A stretch of DNA of 64,000 bases. It comes from Hypanus sabinus. Lineage: Eukaryota. The notes beneath the pieces are model-generated. The model saw nothing but the letters and a program-made list of their open reading frames with translations, made no database searches and was not told the DNA's origin. This document shows positions 51,890-64,000 of this stretch, piece by piece. A program made the position numbers and the translations under genes. Each line of letters starts with the position of its first letter. Position 1 is the stretch's first letter. Location of the stretch: NCBI RefSeq assembly GCF_030144855.1, contig NC_082706.1, forward strand, positions 185,876,001 to 185,940,000. The letters run 5' to 3'.

Positions 51890-51990
51890 CTGGGATGAAA
51901 GGTCTTGGCCCAAAGCATTGATTCATATTTCTTTCCATCGACACTGCCTGACCTGCTGAGGTACTCCATCGTTTTGCATGTGTCACTCTG
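51890..51990 (+). repeat. Degenerate Penelope pLTR short repeat
   Basis: 'gatgaaaggtcttggcccaaagcattga...ctgcctgacctgctgag..ctcca'. Confidence 0.6.
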
Positions 51991-52457
51991 GGGATTAGGA
52001 GGCAGCTTTGGCTAGTTTATCTCATCAAATGATTGATTAGCCCATAAGGATATCTGGACTCAGGATTAAATTATGAGAAATGATCTTAGAAGCAAGCTTC
52101 ATTTTCTCTCAAATTTAAAATCTGTATGGTCAACAGATGGAAGCTTTCAAGAAATTAAGGGTTTAACTTGATTTACTAGTGCTGAGGAATCAAGAACAAA
52201 TGGTATTGTCTAATTAGAACTAATTCTAATCAGGAGGGAAGTCAGGATGTATACTGAATTTGAGAAATCAGGAACTTCCTTTTGCATATGGCAATTGATG
52301 CTCAAGACTAATAGAACATTGTTAATGTGTTATGCAAAAAGTTTGTTGAATGAGCACTTGGAATGATCAAACTATACTTGATGAGAATAAAAATCATTTG
52401 TCCACCAAAACCCATCATTGTGCAACAGCCAGCTGAAATATTATGCTGTTGTCTATA

Positions 52458-52878
52458 GGTGGGAGGCGGGGTTGAGATAATCTCTACCAAAGGAGGTATA
52501 AGGAGCTCCTGTCCTCTGCTACACCTTCCTGCAAATTACCCTTGGGCAAGGTGTAGCACATGCTTAGCCCCCACCCTACCCCCCAAATCAGGGTTATGTG
52601 AAGCCACAGGAGCAGGATAGTCGTATAAGCAACTGGTGCATATCTCAAGTCTTAGTTATGTGACCACAAATGCCTGACAGACAATCTCTGAAGAGTATTG
52701 ATAATGGTGAGAGGCATCCATCTTCTAACAACACTGCCTAAAAGGAAATGATAAATCACTTCTGTAGAAAAATTTGCCAAGAATAATCGTGGTCCTGATG
52801 TAGACCATAATTGCCCACATCACATGACATAACTCATAATGATGATGATCATACGACATGGCACATAATGATGATGAG
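52458..52878 (+). mobile_element. Non-coding SINE-like element with RTE-type 3' end and (GAT)n tail
   Basis: The 3' part 'aaggaaatgataaatcacttctgtagaaaaatttgccaagaa...' resembles RTE/BovB tails. The tail 'cataatgatgatga' is duplicated, and there is an 11-bp perfect stem at 52517-27/52548-58. Confidence 0.5.
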
Positions 52879-53499
52879 ACTATAGGGTTATTGAGTGGAT
52901 TAGTGATTGAAGAGAATAACAGAGAGTCATGGGTCAGAGAGTATTTGCAGTGGAGAAGAGGAAGGATTGGGCAGAAGGAGGTTCGATGGAAGAATAGAGA
53001 GCTAGAGTTGGAATTGGTATAGGAATGATAAAGTCAGGCTTAGGGAAGAGAGGTAGATTTGGGAGGAAGAGGACAGAAAACAAGATCTACACTAGAGTGC
53101 AATGAAATTCTAATTCCTTGTTGACCAATACATTGGTCAATGCGAAACAGTGGTTTGGCACACAGTTTGGAGTGCATTCTGATGTAGTGCAAAAAAAAGA
53201 TAAAGTGACAATCATGAGATAACCGAGAGAGGTAGAGCCAAGACTACATGATTGTAGCAGCAGATGTACAAGAAGTGACTAGTACCAGAGTCTAACGGCT
53301 GTAGGGTAGAAGCCACTCCTAAGTTTGAAAGTCCTGAACATACAGATCCTGCATCTTCTTCAAAAAGGTCAAAGAGCAAAAAGAAAACAGCCAGTGTGGC
53401 AGGCATGCTTGGTGAAACTACTGGCCTTCCTGAAGCAGAGCACTGTGAAGGTGACTGGATGGAAGAAGTGAGAGAACTATGTTGAAGTGGACTGGGGTC

Positions 53500-55490
53500 C
53501 ATAAGATTTAAGACATAGGAGCAGAATTTGTTTGTTCCGTCGTTCCCTCATGGCTGATACTGGATCCAATTCATTCCCATACACCTGCCTTCTCACCATA
53601 TCCTTTGATGCCCTGATGGATCATGAAGTGATCAACTTCTGCCTTAAATATAAGGCCATAAGACCATAAAGACATAAGAGCAGAATTTTGCCATCTGGCC
53701 CATCGAGTCTGCTCCACCATTCAAACATGGCTGATCCTTTTCTCTATCTCTTCCTCAAGCAAGTTCCCGGTCTTATCCCCGTACCCTTTGATGCCACGTC
53801 CAATCAGGAACTTAATCTCTGCCTTAAATACCCCCAACAACCTGGCCTCCACAGCTGCATGTGGCATCAAATTCCACAATTTCACCACCCTTTGGCTACA
53901 GAAATTTCTCTGCATCTGTTTTTAAAGGATGCTCCTCTCTCCGGAGAATATGCCCTCTTGTCCTAGACTCTCCCACCATGGAAAACATCCTTTCCACATC
54001 AACACTGTCTAGCCCTTTCAACATTTGAATGGTTTCAATGAGATCCCCCCCATCCTTCTGAATTCCTGCGAGTACAGGCCCAGAGCCATCAAACGTTCCT
54101 CGTATGATAACTCTTTCATTTCTGGAATCATCCTTGTGAACCTCCTCTAGACCGTCTCCAATGACAGCACATCTTTTCTAAGATGAGCTCAAAACTGTTC
54201 ATGATACTCAAGGTGAGGCCTCACCAGTGCCTTATAAAGCTTCAGCATCACATCCTTTCTCTTGTATACTAGACCTCTTGAAATGAATGTTAACATGGCA
54301 TTTGCCTTCCTCACCACAGACTCAACCTGCAAGTTAACCTTCAGGGTGTTCTGCACAAGGACTCCCAAGTCCCTCTGCATCTCAGATTCCTGGATTTTCC
54401 TATTAGAAAATAGACCGCACTATTACTTCTACTACCAAAGTGCATGACCATGCGTTTTCCAACATTGTATTTCATTTGCCACTCTCTTGCCCATTCTCCT
54501 AATCTAAGTCCTTCTGCATCCTACCTGTTTCCTCAACACTACCTGCCCCTCCACCAATCTTTGCATCATCTGCAAACTTGGCAATAAAGTATCTATTCCA
54601 TCATCAAAATAATTTATATACAGCATAAAAAAAAGTGGTCCCAACACCGACCCCTGCAGAACACCACTAGTCACTGGCAGCCAATCAGATCCTTTCATTC
54701 CCACGGACAGATATACACATGGACTTGACCTCCACCACAACCTGTAGCAAAGCATTACACAGATTTACTATTCATTGGCTAAAAAAAATACTCCAAGTTC
54801 AGCCTGGCTAGTGTCTTATAAAGGCTCAGCATTATCTCCTTGCTTTTATATTCTATTCCCCTTGAAATAAATGCCAACATTGCATTTGCCTTCTTTACCA
54901 CAGACCCAACCTGTAACTGAATGTTCTGGGAGTCTTGCACGAGGACTCCTAAGTCCCTCTGCACCTCTGATGTTTGAACCTTCTCCCCATTTAGATAATA
55001 TTTCCTAACACTGCATACCACCTGCCACTTGTTTGCTCATTTTTTCCATTTTGTCTAAGTCCTGCTGCAATCACATTGCTTCCTCAATGCTTAGCTACCC
55101 TTCCATCTATCTTCGTATCAGCCACAAACTTTCCCACAGTCATCAATTCCATTGTCTAAACCACAAACTATGTGAAAAAATACTGACACCTGAGGAAAAC
55201 CACGTCACTGGCAGCCAACAGAATTCCTACTCACTGCCTCCTACCTGTCAACCATTCTGCTATCCATGCCAATATCTTTTCTGTAACACTATAGGATTTT
55301 ATCTTGTTAAGCAGCCTCATGTGTGGCATCTTAACACCTTCTGAAAATCCGAGTAAATGACATCCATTGCCTCTCCCTTGTCTACCCTGCTTGTTACTTC
55401 CCCAAAGAACTCTAACAGATCTGTCAAGCAAGACGCCCCTTTACAGAAACCATACTGACTTTGACTTATTTTATCATTAGTCTCCAAGAC
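53500..55490 (-). mobile_element. Two nested CR1 fragments (younger ~53657-54703 inside older)
   Basis: There are two CR1 tails ('cataaga..agacataggagcag' at 53500 and 53657) and two 'LQV.SVV.KANAML.FISRG' blocks (54189-54380, 54779-55021). The older copy resumes at ~54705. Confidence 0.85.
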
Positions 55491-55954
55491 AGCATAATGG
55501 GTTTGAGTGTGTTTAGGAGTTTGTAGGGGTCAGTCAGGGATATGATCAGGCCACAGTCATGAATGTCAGTAGTCAGAGCAATAAGTAGTAAAATCAGTGT
55601 TGAATGCCAATGGAAAGGCCAAGGCCTCACAAACCAAAGATGACCAATTTTGGTCTAAGTTAAAGGGAACCCTTCCTTACCTGGTCTGTTGGCATGACCA
55701 AAAGTCATCCATTATTTGTGACTTTGCCTACTATTCCACCTCATTCCTAATATAATCCAGCCAACACTTCCACAATCCTCTTCCAGTAGGAAGAACACTC
55801 CATTTCTTCCCTTTTGGTAATTTGGATGGGTATAGTGAGGGGTGAGGGGGAGGTGAGACACATGGGAAGTGCAACTTTCACACAAGAATACACTGAAAAC
55901 CATTTTCCACAGCTTTTACTTTACAATTGCTTGCTTTAATTCATTAATTTGCTT

Positions 55955-56458
55955 ACTTTGATGGTTGCCCAATGACAACAGGAAACCTGCACAGGAGAGT
56001 TTTTAAAGTGGAAATGCCATTGTGCAGATGCAGTTGCACTCTCAACCTCAGAAGCCCGGGTGCAGTGGAATGAACAAGCGTCACAAACTGGGGTCTTCCT
56101 TGCTTATAGTGGGTGACCATGACACCTTCTGTGCCTTGCCCTTCGCTCCCCCACAGAGCGTGGTAGTACCACCTTTCCAGCCATTGGATCTCACCGTAGG
56201 TCTCATCTGCCCCGTCTGCCAGAACTAAGTTGGGCTTGCCCCAGTCTGAACGGGGTATGAGGCAGTCAACTACCCTCACTTGGTTTAGCCTGCTTGTCAA
56301 AACACTGTACCGGAGAGTGGGCCAGTATCACATGCATACAGCTATTTGGAGCCACAGGTGAGAGCAGAGCATCCGCTGGCGATCGAAGGTCATGAGCTGC
56401 CTCAGCATGGACACGACAAGTCCCTTCACCAGAAGTGCTATCCCTTCATGGACACCCC
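55955..56458 (-). mobile_element. RTE-type retroelement 5' region (non-coding) beginning with an HDV-like ribozyme fold
   Basis: A GC-richer island starts ggggtgtccatgaagggatagcacttctggtgaagggacttgtcgtgtcc, resembling RTE 5'UTRs. No RT ORF follows. Confidence 0.55.
56273..56458 (-). ncRNA. HDV-like self-cleaving ribozyme (degenerate copy)
   Basis: P1 GGGGUGU/ACUCUCC, P2 CUCUCACCUGU/ACCAAGUGAGGG, P3 GGC/GCC, P1.1 CC/GG, P4 UGUUU/AAGCA and J4/2 GGCUAA all occur in canonical nested order. Confidence 0.6.
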
Positions 56459-57404
56459 TTACACCCACTTACTTTAATACCTTTGCAAATTGATCATTCT
56501 TACCTGTACCACTTAGAATGCTGCCAGGCTTGTATCATCATGTAAACTTTATTCTATCACTTTCAACCCCATCACTTAGGTCAGAGATAAATATTTTAAA
56601 CAATTCCAGCCACAAAACAGATTTTTCAAAGAAACTACTAATTGTACCTTGCTAGTTTGAGTTCTTGCTTTATGTCTCCCAATGCTCGGCCACTTTCCTA
56701 GCCAGGCCAATCAGTTACCATCAGTTCTGTGAGCTTTAACTTTTCTAACAGTCTCTTATGAGGGACTTCATCAAATGTCTTCTAGATGACATCTGGCGGC
56801 AGTTCCCTGTCCACTAATTTAGTCACCTCATTAAATAATCAGTCCTGTTCATCGGGCCTGACCTATCCTCAGCAGATTCATCTGGCTCTCTCCGAACAGC
56901 TGAATGTTGTCAAGGTGTTAAAAATGAATTCCCATGAGCTCCAAAGTGTGAAAGAGGTAATAGCTGCAAAATGTGTATTCAAATTAAACTGCTTTAATGC
57001 AATTTTACTATGTACAATCTCTAGTTAGATCCAATTTCATGTTAATTTCAATTACATTTAGATCCCTTTTAACAAAAATTTTGACATGCAAATTCTCATC
57101 AAATAGAAAGTAAACAAGAGCTTTATGTAATTATGAAGACATGCACATTTACATTAATGTAGGATATTCTCATTATGCTTAAAATTAGGTAAGAAATAAT
57201 CTCATAAAGATACTTGGTATATGTACACATTCCTTAACTGATACTCAATGCTAATATGTAGAAAGAATAGCATAGTATTAACAAATAATTTCAATAATTA
57301 TTTATCAAACTGTCACAATTTCTGGTATTTTTGAATCCCTTTAAGTATGTTTTGATTGCCTAAGTTGTTTGTATACAAACTTGCATATTATTAAATCCCA
57401 AGCA

Positions 57405-59195
57405 TTTTCATGTCAACATTAATGTGTACCTGTATATAATGTATATAGAAACGAGACGTTTCCTTGAACCAGGGTATGAAGCACATGACACACATAACAC
57501 GTGAAACTTATGAAGGTAAGGATTAAAATCTACAGATGACTCACACATAACTAACAAAGTAAAGTACATTAACATTATATATTGTAAGATACGGAACAGA
57601 TTAACCAGTGACACTTCGAATCTGATGCGTCAGGGAGTACAAAAACCTAATAGCCAGGGGGAAGAAACTGTTTCCCATCCTGATCGTTCCTGTTTTTATG
57701 CATCGGAGTATCCTGCCTGATGGTAGAAAGTCAAAGAGGAGGCTGGATGGATGGGTGGGATCCATAAAAATACTGAGGGCCCTGTGTATGCAGTGCTCCT
57801 GATTAATGCCCCTGTTGGAAGGTAGGGAGACCCTTATGATCCTCTCTGCTGTTCTCACTGTCCTTTGTAGGGACTTCAGGTCCAATGCTCGACTGCTCCC
57901 ATACCAGATGGAGATGCAACTTGTCAGGATGCTCTCAATGGTGCTCCCGTAAAACACAGTTAAGAAGTGGGGTGGGAGCCTTGCTTGTCTCAATCTTCTT
58001 AGGAAGTGGAGGTGCTACTGTGCCTTTTTGTTCTGGGGGAGTTGATATTCAGGGAGCAGGTGAGGTCATTAGTTATGTGAACTCCCAGGAACTTGGTGCA
58101 CTTAACTCTCTCTACAGAGGAGTCATGTATACGCAGAGGGGAATGGTTTGTCTGCACCTTCCCGAAGTCCTCAACGATTTCCTTTGTTTTCTCCACGTTC
58201 TGGCTTCGGTGTTCCTCTCACACCGGTCCACCAGCCGCTCCACTTCCACTCTGTACTCCGTCTCGTCATCGTTTTTGATGAGGCCAGCCACTGTTGTGTC
58301 ATCCACAAAGTTGATGACAGGGTTTGAGCTGGATCCTGTGACAGAGCCGTGCATCTTTTGAACAGCTGTGGACTGAGCACACAGCTCTGGGGAGTGTCAG
58401 TGCTCGGTGTAAAGGGACAAGAGATGTTGCTCCCCACACGGACTGACTGTGGCCTTTCTGCTAAGAAGTCCAGTATCCAATTGCAGAGGGAAGTGTTGAG
58501 ACCCAGCGAGGACAGTTTCCCCACCAGTTCCTGTGGTGCTAAATGCCGAATTGAAGTCTGTAAACAGCAGCCTGGCACCTGAGACCCCATTTTCCAGGTG
58601 GGACAGGACAGAGAGGAGGGCAGAGACTATTGCATCATCAGTAGATTGATTTGAGGGATAAGTAAACTGGAAAGAATCCAGTGTAACCAGGAGAAAGGCT
58701 CTAATGTGCCGCTCAAAGCATTGTATAATGGTTGATGTTAATGTCACTGGACAATAGTCATTTAGACAGGTTACTGTCACCTTCTTTGGCACAGGAATGA
58801 TGGTGGCTGCCTTGAAAACCGAGGGGACAATGGGCTGTCCAGGGAAATGCTGGATATACCCATCAGCGCCTCGGTCAGCTGGGCTGCACAGTCTTTCAGA
58901 ACCCAACCTGGTACATTATCAGACTCTGCAGCTTTGTGTGGGTTGACTCTGGCCAAGGTCTTCCTCTCCTCAGCTTCAGCCAGACGGAGTGTCTGCTCCC
59001 CTGGGGAGAAGGTGCCTTCCTCACCTGCACTTTGTTCTGCGCATCAAGCCGAGTGTAGAAGACATTCAGCCTCTCAGGGGGTGAAGCATCCTGGTCACTG
59101 ATGCGCAGGGTAGACCTGCGGCCTGTAATCCTCTGAACTCCCTGCCACATGTGCCTCATGTCTCTGGTATCACAGGAATGGCTGTAAATTCTATG
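57405..59195 (-). mobile_element. Rex1/Babar LINE, 5'-truncated RT pseudogene
   Basis: Contains 'FKAATIIPVPKK..CLNDYCPVTLTS', '[17 protein letters not shown]', '[11 protein letters not shown]', 'FYGSTIESILTSCISIWYG' and 'LPSGR..NSFFPLAIR'. Frameshifted. Confidence 0.92.
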
Positions 59196-60159
59196 ACAAT
59201 GCTTTGTGTCAACATTTCTGCTCAATGGCCCTTCGTCTGAACATCTTAATATTTCCCTTATTGCCTGGATATTGTTTCCTACATCCCATTTTGCATTCTC
59301 ATTTGTGTAATGATGAAGGACAGTCATTGATTTGAATTGTTGATTCTGGTTAACACTCAACAGATGCTGCCTGGCTTGCTGAATAGTTGTGGCCTTTTCT
59401 GTTTTTATTTCACATTCTTAGGTTTTGCAGTTGGCTTTTTACTTCAAGTGAGAGCTGGGGGAGAATGGTAATTTCCTTTTTAAATCAGAAGCGTTGAGGA
59501 CTGGCAGGACAATATCTGACTTCCAGAGCAGGTGGCGAGAGCCTTGAGTATTTTTGCATTAAGGCCCTGTTATACTCAGCTGTTACATTGGTGTTTACAT
59601 GTCCAAACACCAGGAAAAAAAAAACACTCCAGAACAGAACTCCATGGACAGAGCTAACCAGGGAAATGGGGGGAAATTTCAAAGATGTGCTCAAAGTATT
59701 TGAAGAAATGCAATATTCCAATTGGCTCCTGGGAATTTCTCAGCCATTCATAGAGGAGAAGGTGCATTTCAGATGATATTGATTATCTTGAACCCATGAA
59801 GATGGAGTACAAGTGGTCACCAGATCACAAACTGACCACCTACCCAGCCTGTTTGTCACCTCCTGCCCCATCTGAGAATCGTATGCTATTCCCATAACTC
59901 ACTCATCAGCTGCCTCAGAGTCTACAATAGCTAAAAGAGGAACCAGGTCATCCTTGATCCCAAAAAGCAGGAATAAAATAAGTTTACATTTTTTTAAATG
60001 CTTCAGGATACAAAAGCATAAATAAACCACCAACTTCTCATCAAGACTGGGGCAGGGACATAAATATGACCTCACCAATGTTGCCACATCAGAAGAGCAT
60101 CATTTGATGTCTTATTTTTACCTGTGATATGTCCTCCAAAAATATAACAAACATGAACA

Positions 60160-60260
60160 TGTGTAGAATGTTGGAGGAACTCTACAGGTCAGGCAGCATC
60201 TTTAAAGGGATGTATACAGTCAACCTTATGGGCTGAGATCCTTCATTGGGTCTGGAAATG
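60160..60260 (-). repeat. Degenerate Penelope pLTR short repeat
   Basis: Plus strand 'aatgttggaggaactctacaggtcaggcagcatct...cagtcaacc...gggctgagatccttcatt' is the reverse of the pLTR motif. Confidence 0.6.
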
Positions 60261-63200
60261 AACATTAGTTGGAGGAGCTCTTTAAGGCTCTAGTTATTAT
60301 ATTTGAAGAAATGTAAATTGGAGTAATCCTGATAATTTTATGCGATATTTAAAAGGAAGCTTTTTAACTTTGGTTTCTTCTTCAGTTTGGTTTCTTAATA
60401 GTTGTGTAATTTGAAATATTAAGAGGTTAATGTGCCTTCATGGCTTTCATTATATAAATGTGAATTCAAAGGGGATGTTGGAAAAGACACCAAGGGAGTC
60501 CTTCACCTGGCATTGAGGGAAATAATAAAATGTTCTTTTATTCATAGTAGAAAGCCTTTATAATTTGCTCCTGTAATGTATTTTGTATTCATGATTCTCC
60601 TTTGTGACATTCATGTATTCATGTCTTACATAAATAAATCTTATGCCTCAAAAAAAGCTAAACTATTTTAAAAGGATATTTATGAAAACATCAGGAATTT
60701 TAATGCAGAATTACAAATATATTGAATGCATAAAATTATGCATTTAATAGATGACTGGCAGTAAGTTGTCAGACAATAATACAACTGAGCCATTTTAATG
60801 ATACCATAAATTGAAAAGAGAAACATGAACAGCTGATAAATGTCAGCCAACTCTGGGTTGGATTCCCAACCATAGGTGGGATTGGATTGAAACTACACTT
60901 CAGTTTGTCCCTCCGACCTGATAGCATCTTTGGGTGCAATTAATTTTGATACCAAGTGCAGGTTTTGTGTGTTATTTGTGCCATTTCAATACAGTTCACC
61001 CTCAGAGGTGAAAGATTGGTCACAAGGTTGGACGGGATTCAAGTTCTGTTTATTACAGCATTGTGAAGTGGTATCTTCGAAGTTATTTAAGAAATTGAAG
61101 CATGGAAAGCCTGGCTGGACTCTAGAAGATGCAGAACCCCCAGGCTTGGACGTGGTTAGAGATGATATCAGTCTGAAATAGAACCGAGTCCAGGTATTTG
61201 GAAGAAGGGAGGAGGACAATGCCCAGTTGCCTATGAATGCCAGACTCTCCAACCACTGCTCAGCTATTGAAAATACTAGAATATCGTCAATGACCTCATT
61301 AGGTTAGCTGTAGTAAGAGAAGAAAACTATTACTACCTACTTTACTATTCTTGTTTGAATCTCAGGAGTTTAGTTATTAAGAGAAAGATACTTACCAAGC
61401 ATCAAACATGATTACAAGCATTGGGGATATAGTGAGATTTTGACCTTAACCAGAAACTGGATAACAGGCAGTTAGAATAACTTCAGATGTTTACCTAATG
61501 GACTGGCTGGGTGTTTTAACCTGTTCAGCTGAGCAGGACCCCACCCAAAGGTGACTGGATGTTTTCATTTGCAAGAGAATCTTCAGGACTCGGGTACAAT
61601 TTTAAATAAGAGACCCAATTGGAAAGTTTGAATGAGTTCACTCCAGTGAGAAAGACTGGTGCCCAGAAAATGCAATAAAAGGTTAATGTAAAAATATAAT
61701 ATAAGAAGTCAGCATATTTTGAGCAATTCTCTATCCAAACAAAAGCAGTAGAAGAGCTCTTTCTGGCCACAGAAAGATTTTTTTTATTTCAGTTTCCAAG
61801 AAACCACTCACCAATGGTCACTGGATACTAATTGGCTGGAATGACTGCCAATCAATCACTTTTACTTGTACCAACAGGTCACTATGGTGCTCTGTGATGT
61901 TCTAACATTTCCTTTGTAACTTATATGTGAATTGGATGGGAATTGAGTTTTTAACAAGCTGCCTTTATTGTGGGCTTAATTGGAGTGTAAAGACGTTCTG
62001 GGATGTAAAGCAAAGAGTTTAAGTTAAGGTTAAAATTAGTCCCTATACTTCGATGGACAAAACAAGTAACAAGAGGTACAGTACAAAACAAAAAAAAGGA
62101 CATACACTGGTTTCTGCAGACTGAGGAATTGCTAGTATTGATTTTAGAAGCACTAATTGATCTGAAACAGGTTGGGAAGTGAATAGGAGAATCAGTTGAA
62201 GAATGAGTCAACAATAGAAGCCATACTTAAGAAATAATACTTATGAAGAGAGTAAAATGTCCATTTATGTTTAGAAGGAAGACCATAATAACAGGAACTG
62301 TATTGTAATGGGAATGGTTCAAGTGCTTCTTAAGTGATGGTGCATGCCATAAGCTTAGCTGACTAATAATTCTCAATTGGCAATGAGCAAGCAATGACTT
62401 CTTGAAGTAAATTCTCAGCCACTATTTATTCTGTTTGCCCTGCGTAATGACCGTCCTCCTTCAAAGACCATGCTAAGTTCTTAGTGAATCACAAGATTCA
62501 CTGAGGGTGAGTAAGTTACAAGTACCAGATATTCAGATGATTTGCACTCTACTCCTAGATCAGTCACGGATGCAAAGCACATTTTTGGAATATGGTCTGG
62601 CTAATGATAAGCCTCACCAAGACAGAGCATCAGAGAGCCAAAGCTCAGCATATTGTAGGAAGCCGTCGAGGGATATCAACTGCTTCTCCAGAGGGTGCCA
62701 CTGAACTCCAATCATCCTCATAGTTGTTTGCTCTCTACGCTAAAATTGTGATGCTGCAGTGAAAGGTCTGAAATTGAAAAAATATTGGTAAATCCCTGAC
62801 TACTGGACTTCATGTACATTAAGTGGTTAATGTGTTTGACACCCACTATGTGGAGACAGGGTAAAAACTCTTTCCTGTGAGGAAGTTAGTCGAGGAAGTT
62901 GTTCGTTGGGAAGGGTACGGTTGATTGCAAGTTGCACCTGTGGTGTTTGTGACATTCCACTGAAGTTGACTGTTTTCAACTTGAGCAACTTTGATAACCA
63001 ATATATGTATCCAGCATGTGCTTGAGTATTGTTAACTGATGGTCTGGCATACACATGTCCTCCAGTGCATTCTGAGAGCAGTTAGTGCTGTGAGACCCAA
63101 TGGTGGTTACAACTTTGAGAGCGTTTGGGTCAATTGTACAGGAGAGCTCCAATTTAGGGGAAAGACTATGGGAACCATTCTTCCATGAACTCACAGAACT

Positions 63201-64000
63201 GCAGTCTAATTTATCCGAACCCTTGACAATGTCATGAAATGAAGGTCATGACCTCTAAATACAGAGTTGTGAGCCTGAATCGACAAATGGCCCCATTAAC
63301 AACTTGGCCTCCCTCAGTTCATCCAATTCTTATTCCCCCAGTAGGGAACTGACTCCCTAAGAGAAACAGTCTTAACACAGTCATATCTACCTCAATAAGT
63401 TCCCTTAAGGAATACAATCAGGGTTTCCAATTTTGTAAGATAATAAGGAATCTACAGTCAGTTTGATATTTTGATATTCCCCTTGATTTTTGTTCCACTG
63501 ACATCAGTATTCAGCAGCAAAATAATTAAAGAATACTCAGAAGACAGTCTTACAATTTAATTCCACCTATTTCAAGTTACCAAACAACTAGAACATCTTC
63601 CTTATGCTTTGTCAGATCAAAGCAGGAAGAGTGGTAATTCACTATTAGACATTCTTTGAGGATTTAAATATAGGTTGTAACTAACAGGTGACTTATTGCT
63701 GAGCCAGGTGTCAATGGTACATTTGGAAGTACATGGTGATGTGATTCTTAAGGGCAGTAATTTACTGAGAAGTCTATCTGTTCAATTTAATCTTTCCAAA
63801 ATTAGACAGAAACAAGTGGGGGAAAATAGGTCTTTTTGAATTACCTTTTAAATTAACTGTCATATATCTTTTCTTCTACATAAGTGCTTTAAGCTTTATC
63901 CCATGTACTGACTGTTAGTTGCTGGTAGTCAACTATTTACCTAAAATTTATGTAATAACCATTAATCCTTCACTGCAGACAAAGTAGACATCAGTTCCAC

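Noticed and set aside
53280-53490. Open plus frame 'PKFESPEHTDPASSSKRSKSKKK..'
   Set aside because: No recognisable domain, no convincing splice sites and it abuts TE sequence, so it cannot be supported as a host exon.
60930-63330. Short ORFs and GC-richer blocks near the window end
   Set aside because: No recognisable protein motif or paired splice signals. They may be old repeats or CNEs but cannot be called from sequence alone.

Overview
This is eukaryotic, AT-rich, non-coding DNA (large intron or gene desert) from a vertebrate. The repeat families present (CR1 LINEs with an esterase ORF1, Rex1/Babar LINEs, Penelope-like elements, V-SINE, Deu-domain SINE) suggest a cartilaginous fish, which is an inference. 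I recognise no intact host protein-coding gene, tRNA, rRNA or CRISPR array, and every ORF I can assign is a disrupted retroelement fragment. The first ~14 kb and ~24-31 kb are poor in young TEs. The 14-24 kb and 31-60 kb stretches hold decayed, often nested retroelements, including one near-full-length CR1 (34.9-38.7 kb, minus) and one 5'-truncated CR1 with a candidate TSD (48.8-51.9 kb, plus). The most interesting signals are RNA-structural. (i) A complete HDV-like double-pseudoknot ribozyme fold sits at the 5' end of a non-coding RTE-type element (56273-56458, minus). (ii) A dispersed family of Penelope pLTR minimal hammerhead motifs is present, one interrupted by a second pLTR exactly at its predicted GUC cleavage site. 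(iii) An isolated CpG-retaining block at ~16.55-16.80 kb has canonical splice signals defining a 72-nt candidate exon. All family assignments come from motif recognition by eye, not database searches, and boundaries are approximate unless a TSD is quoted.
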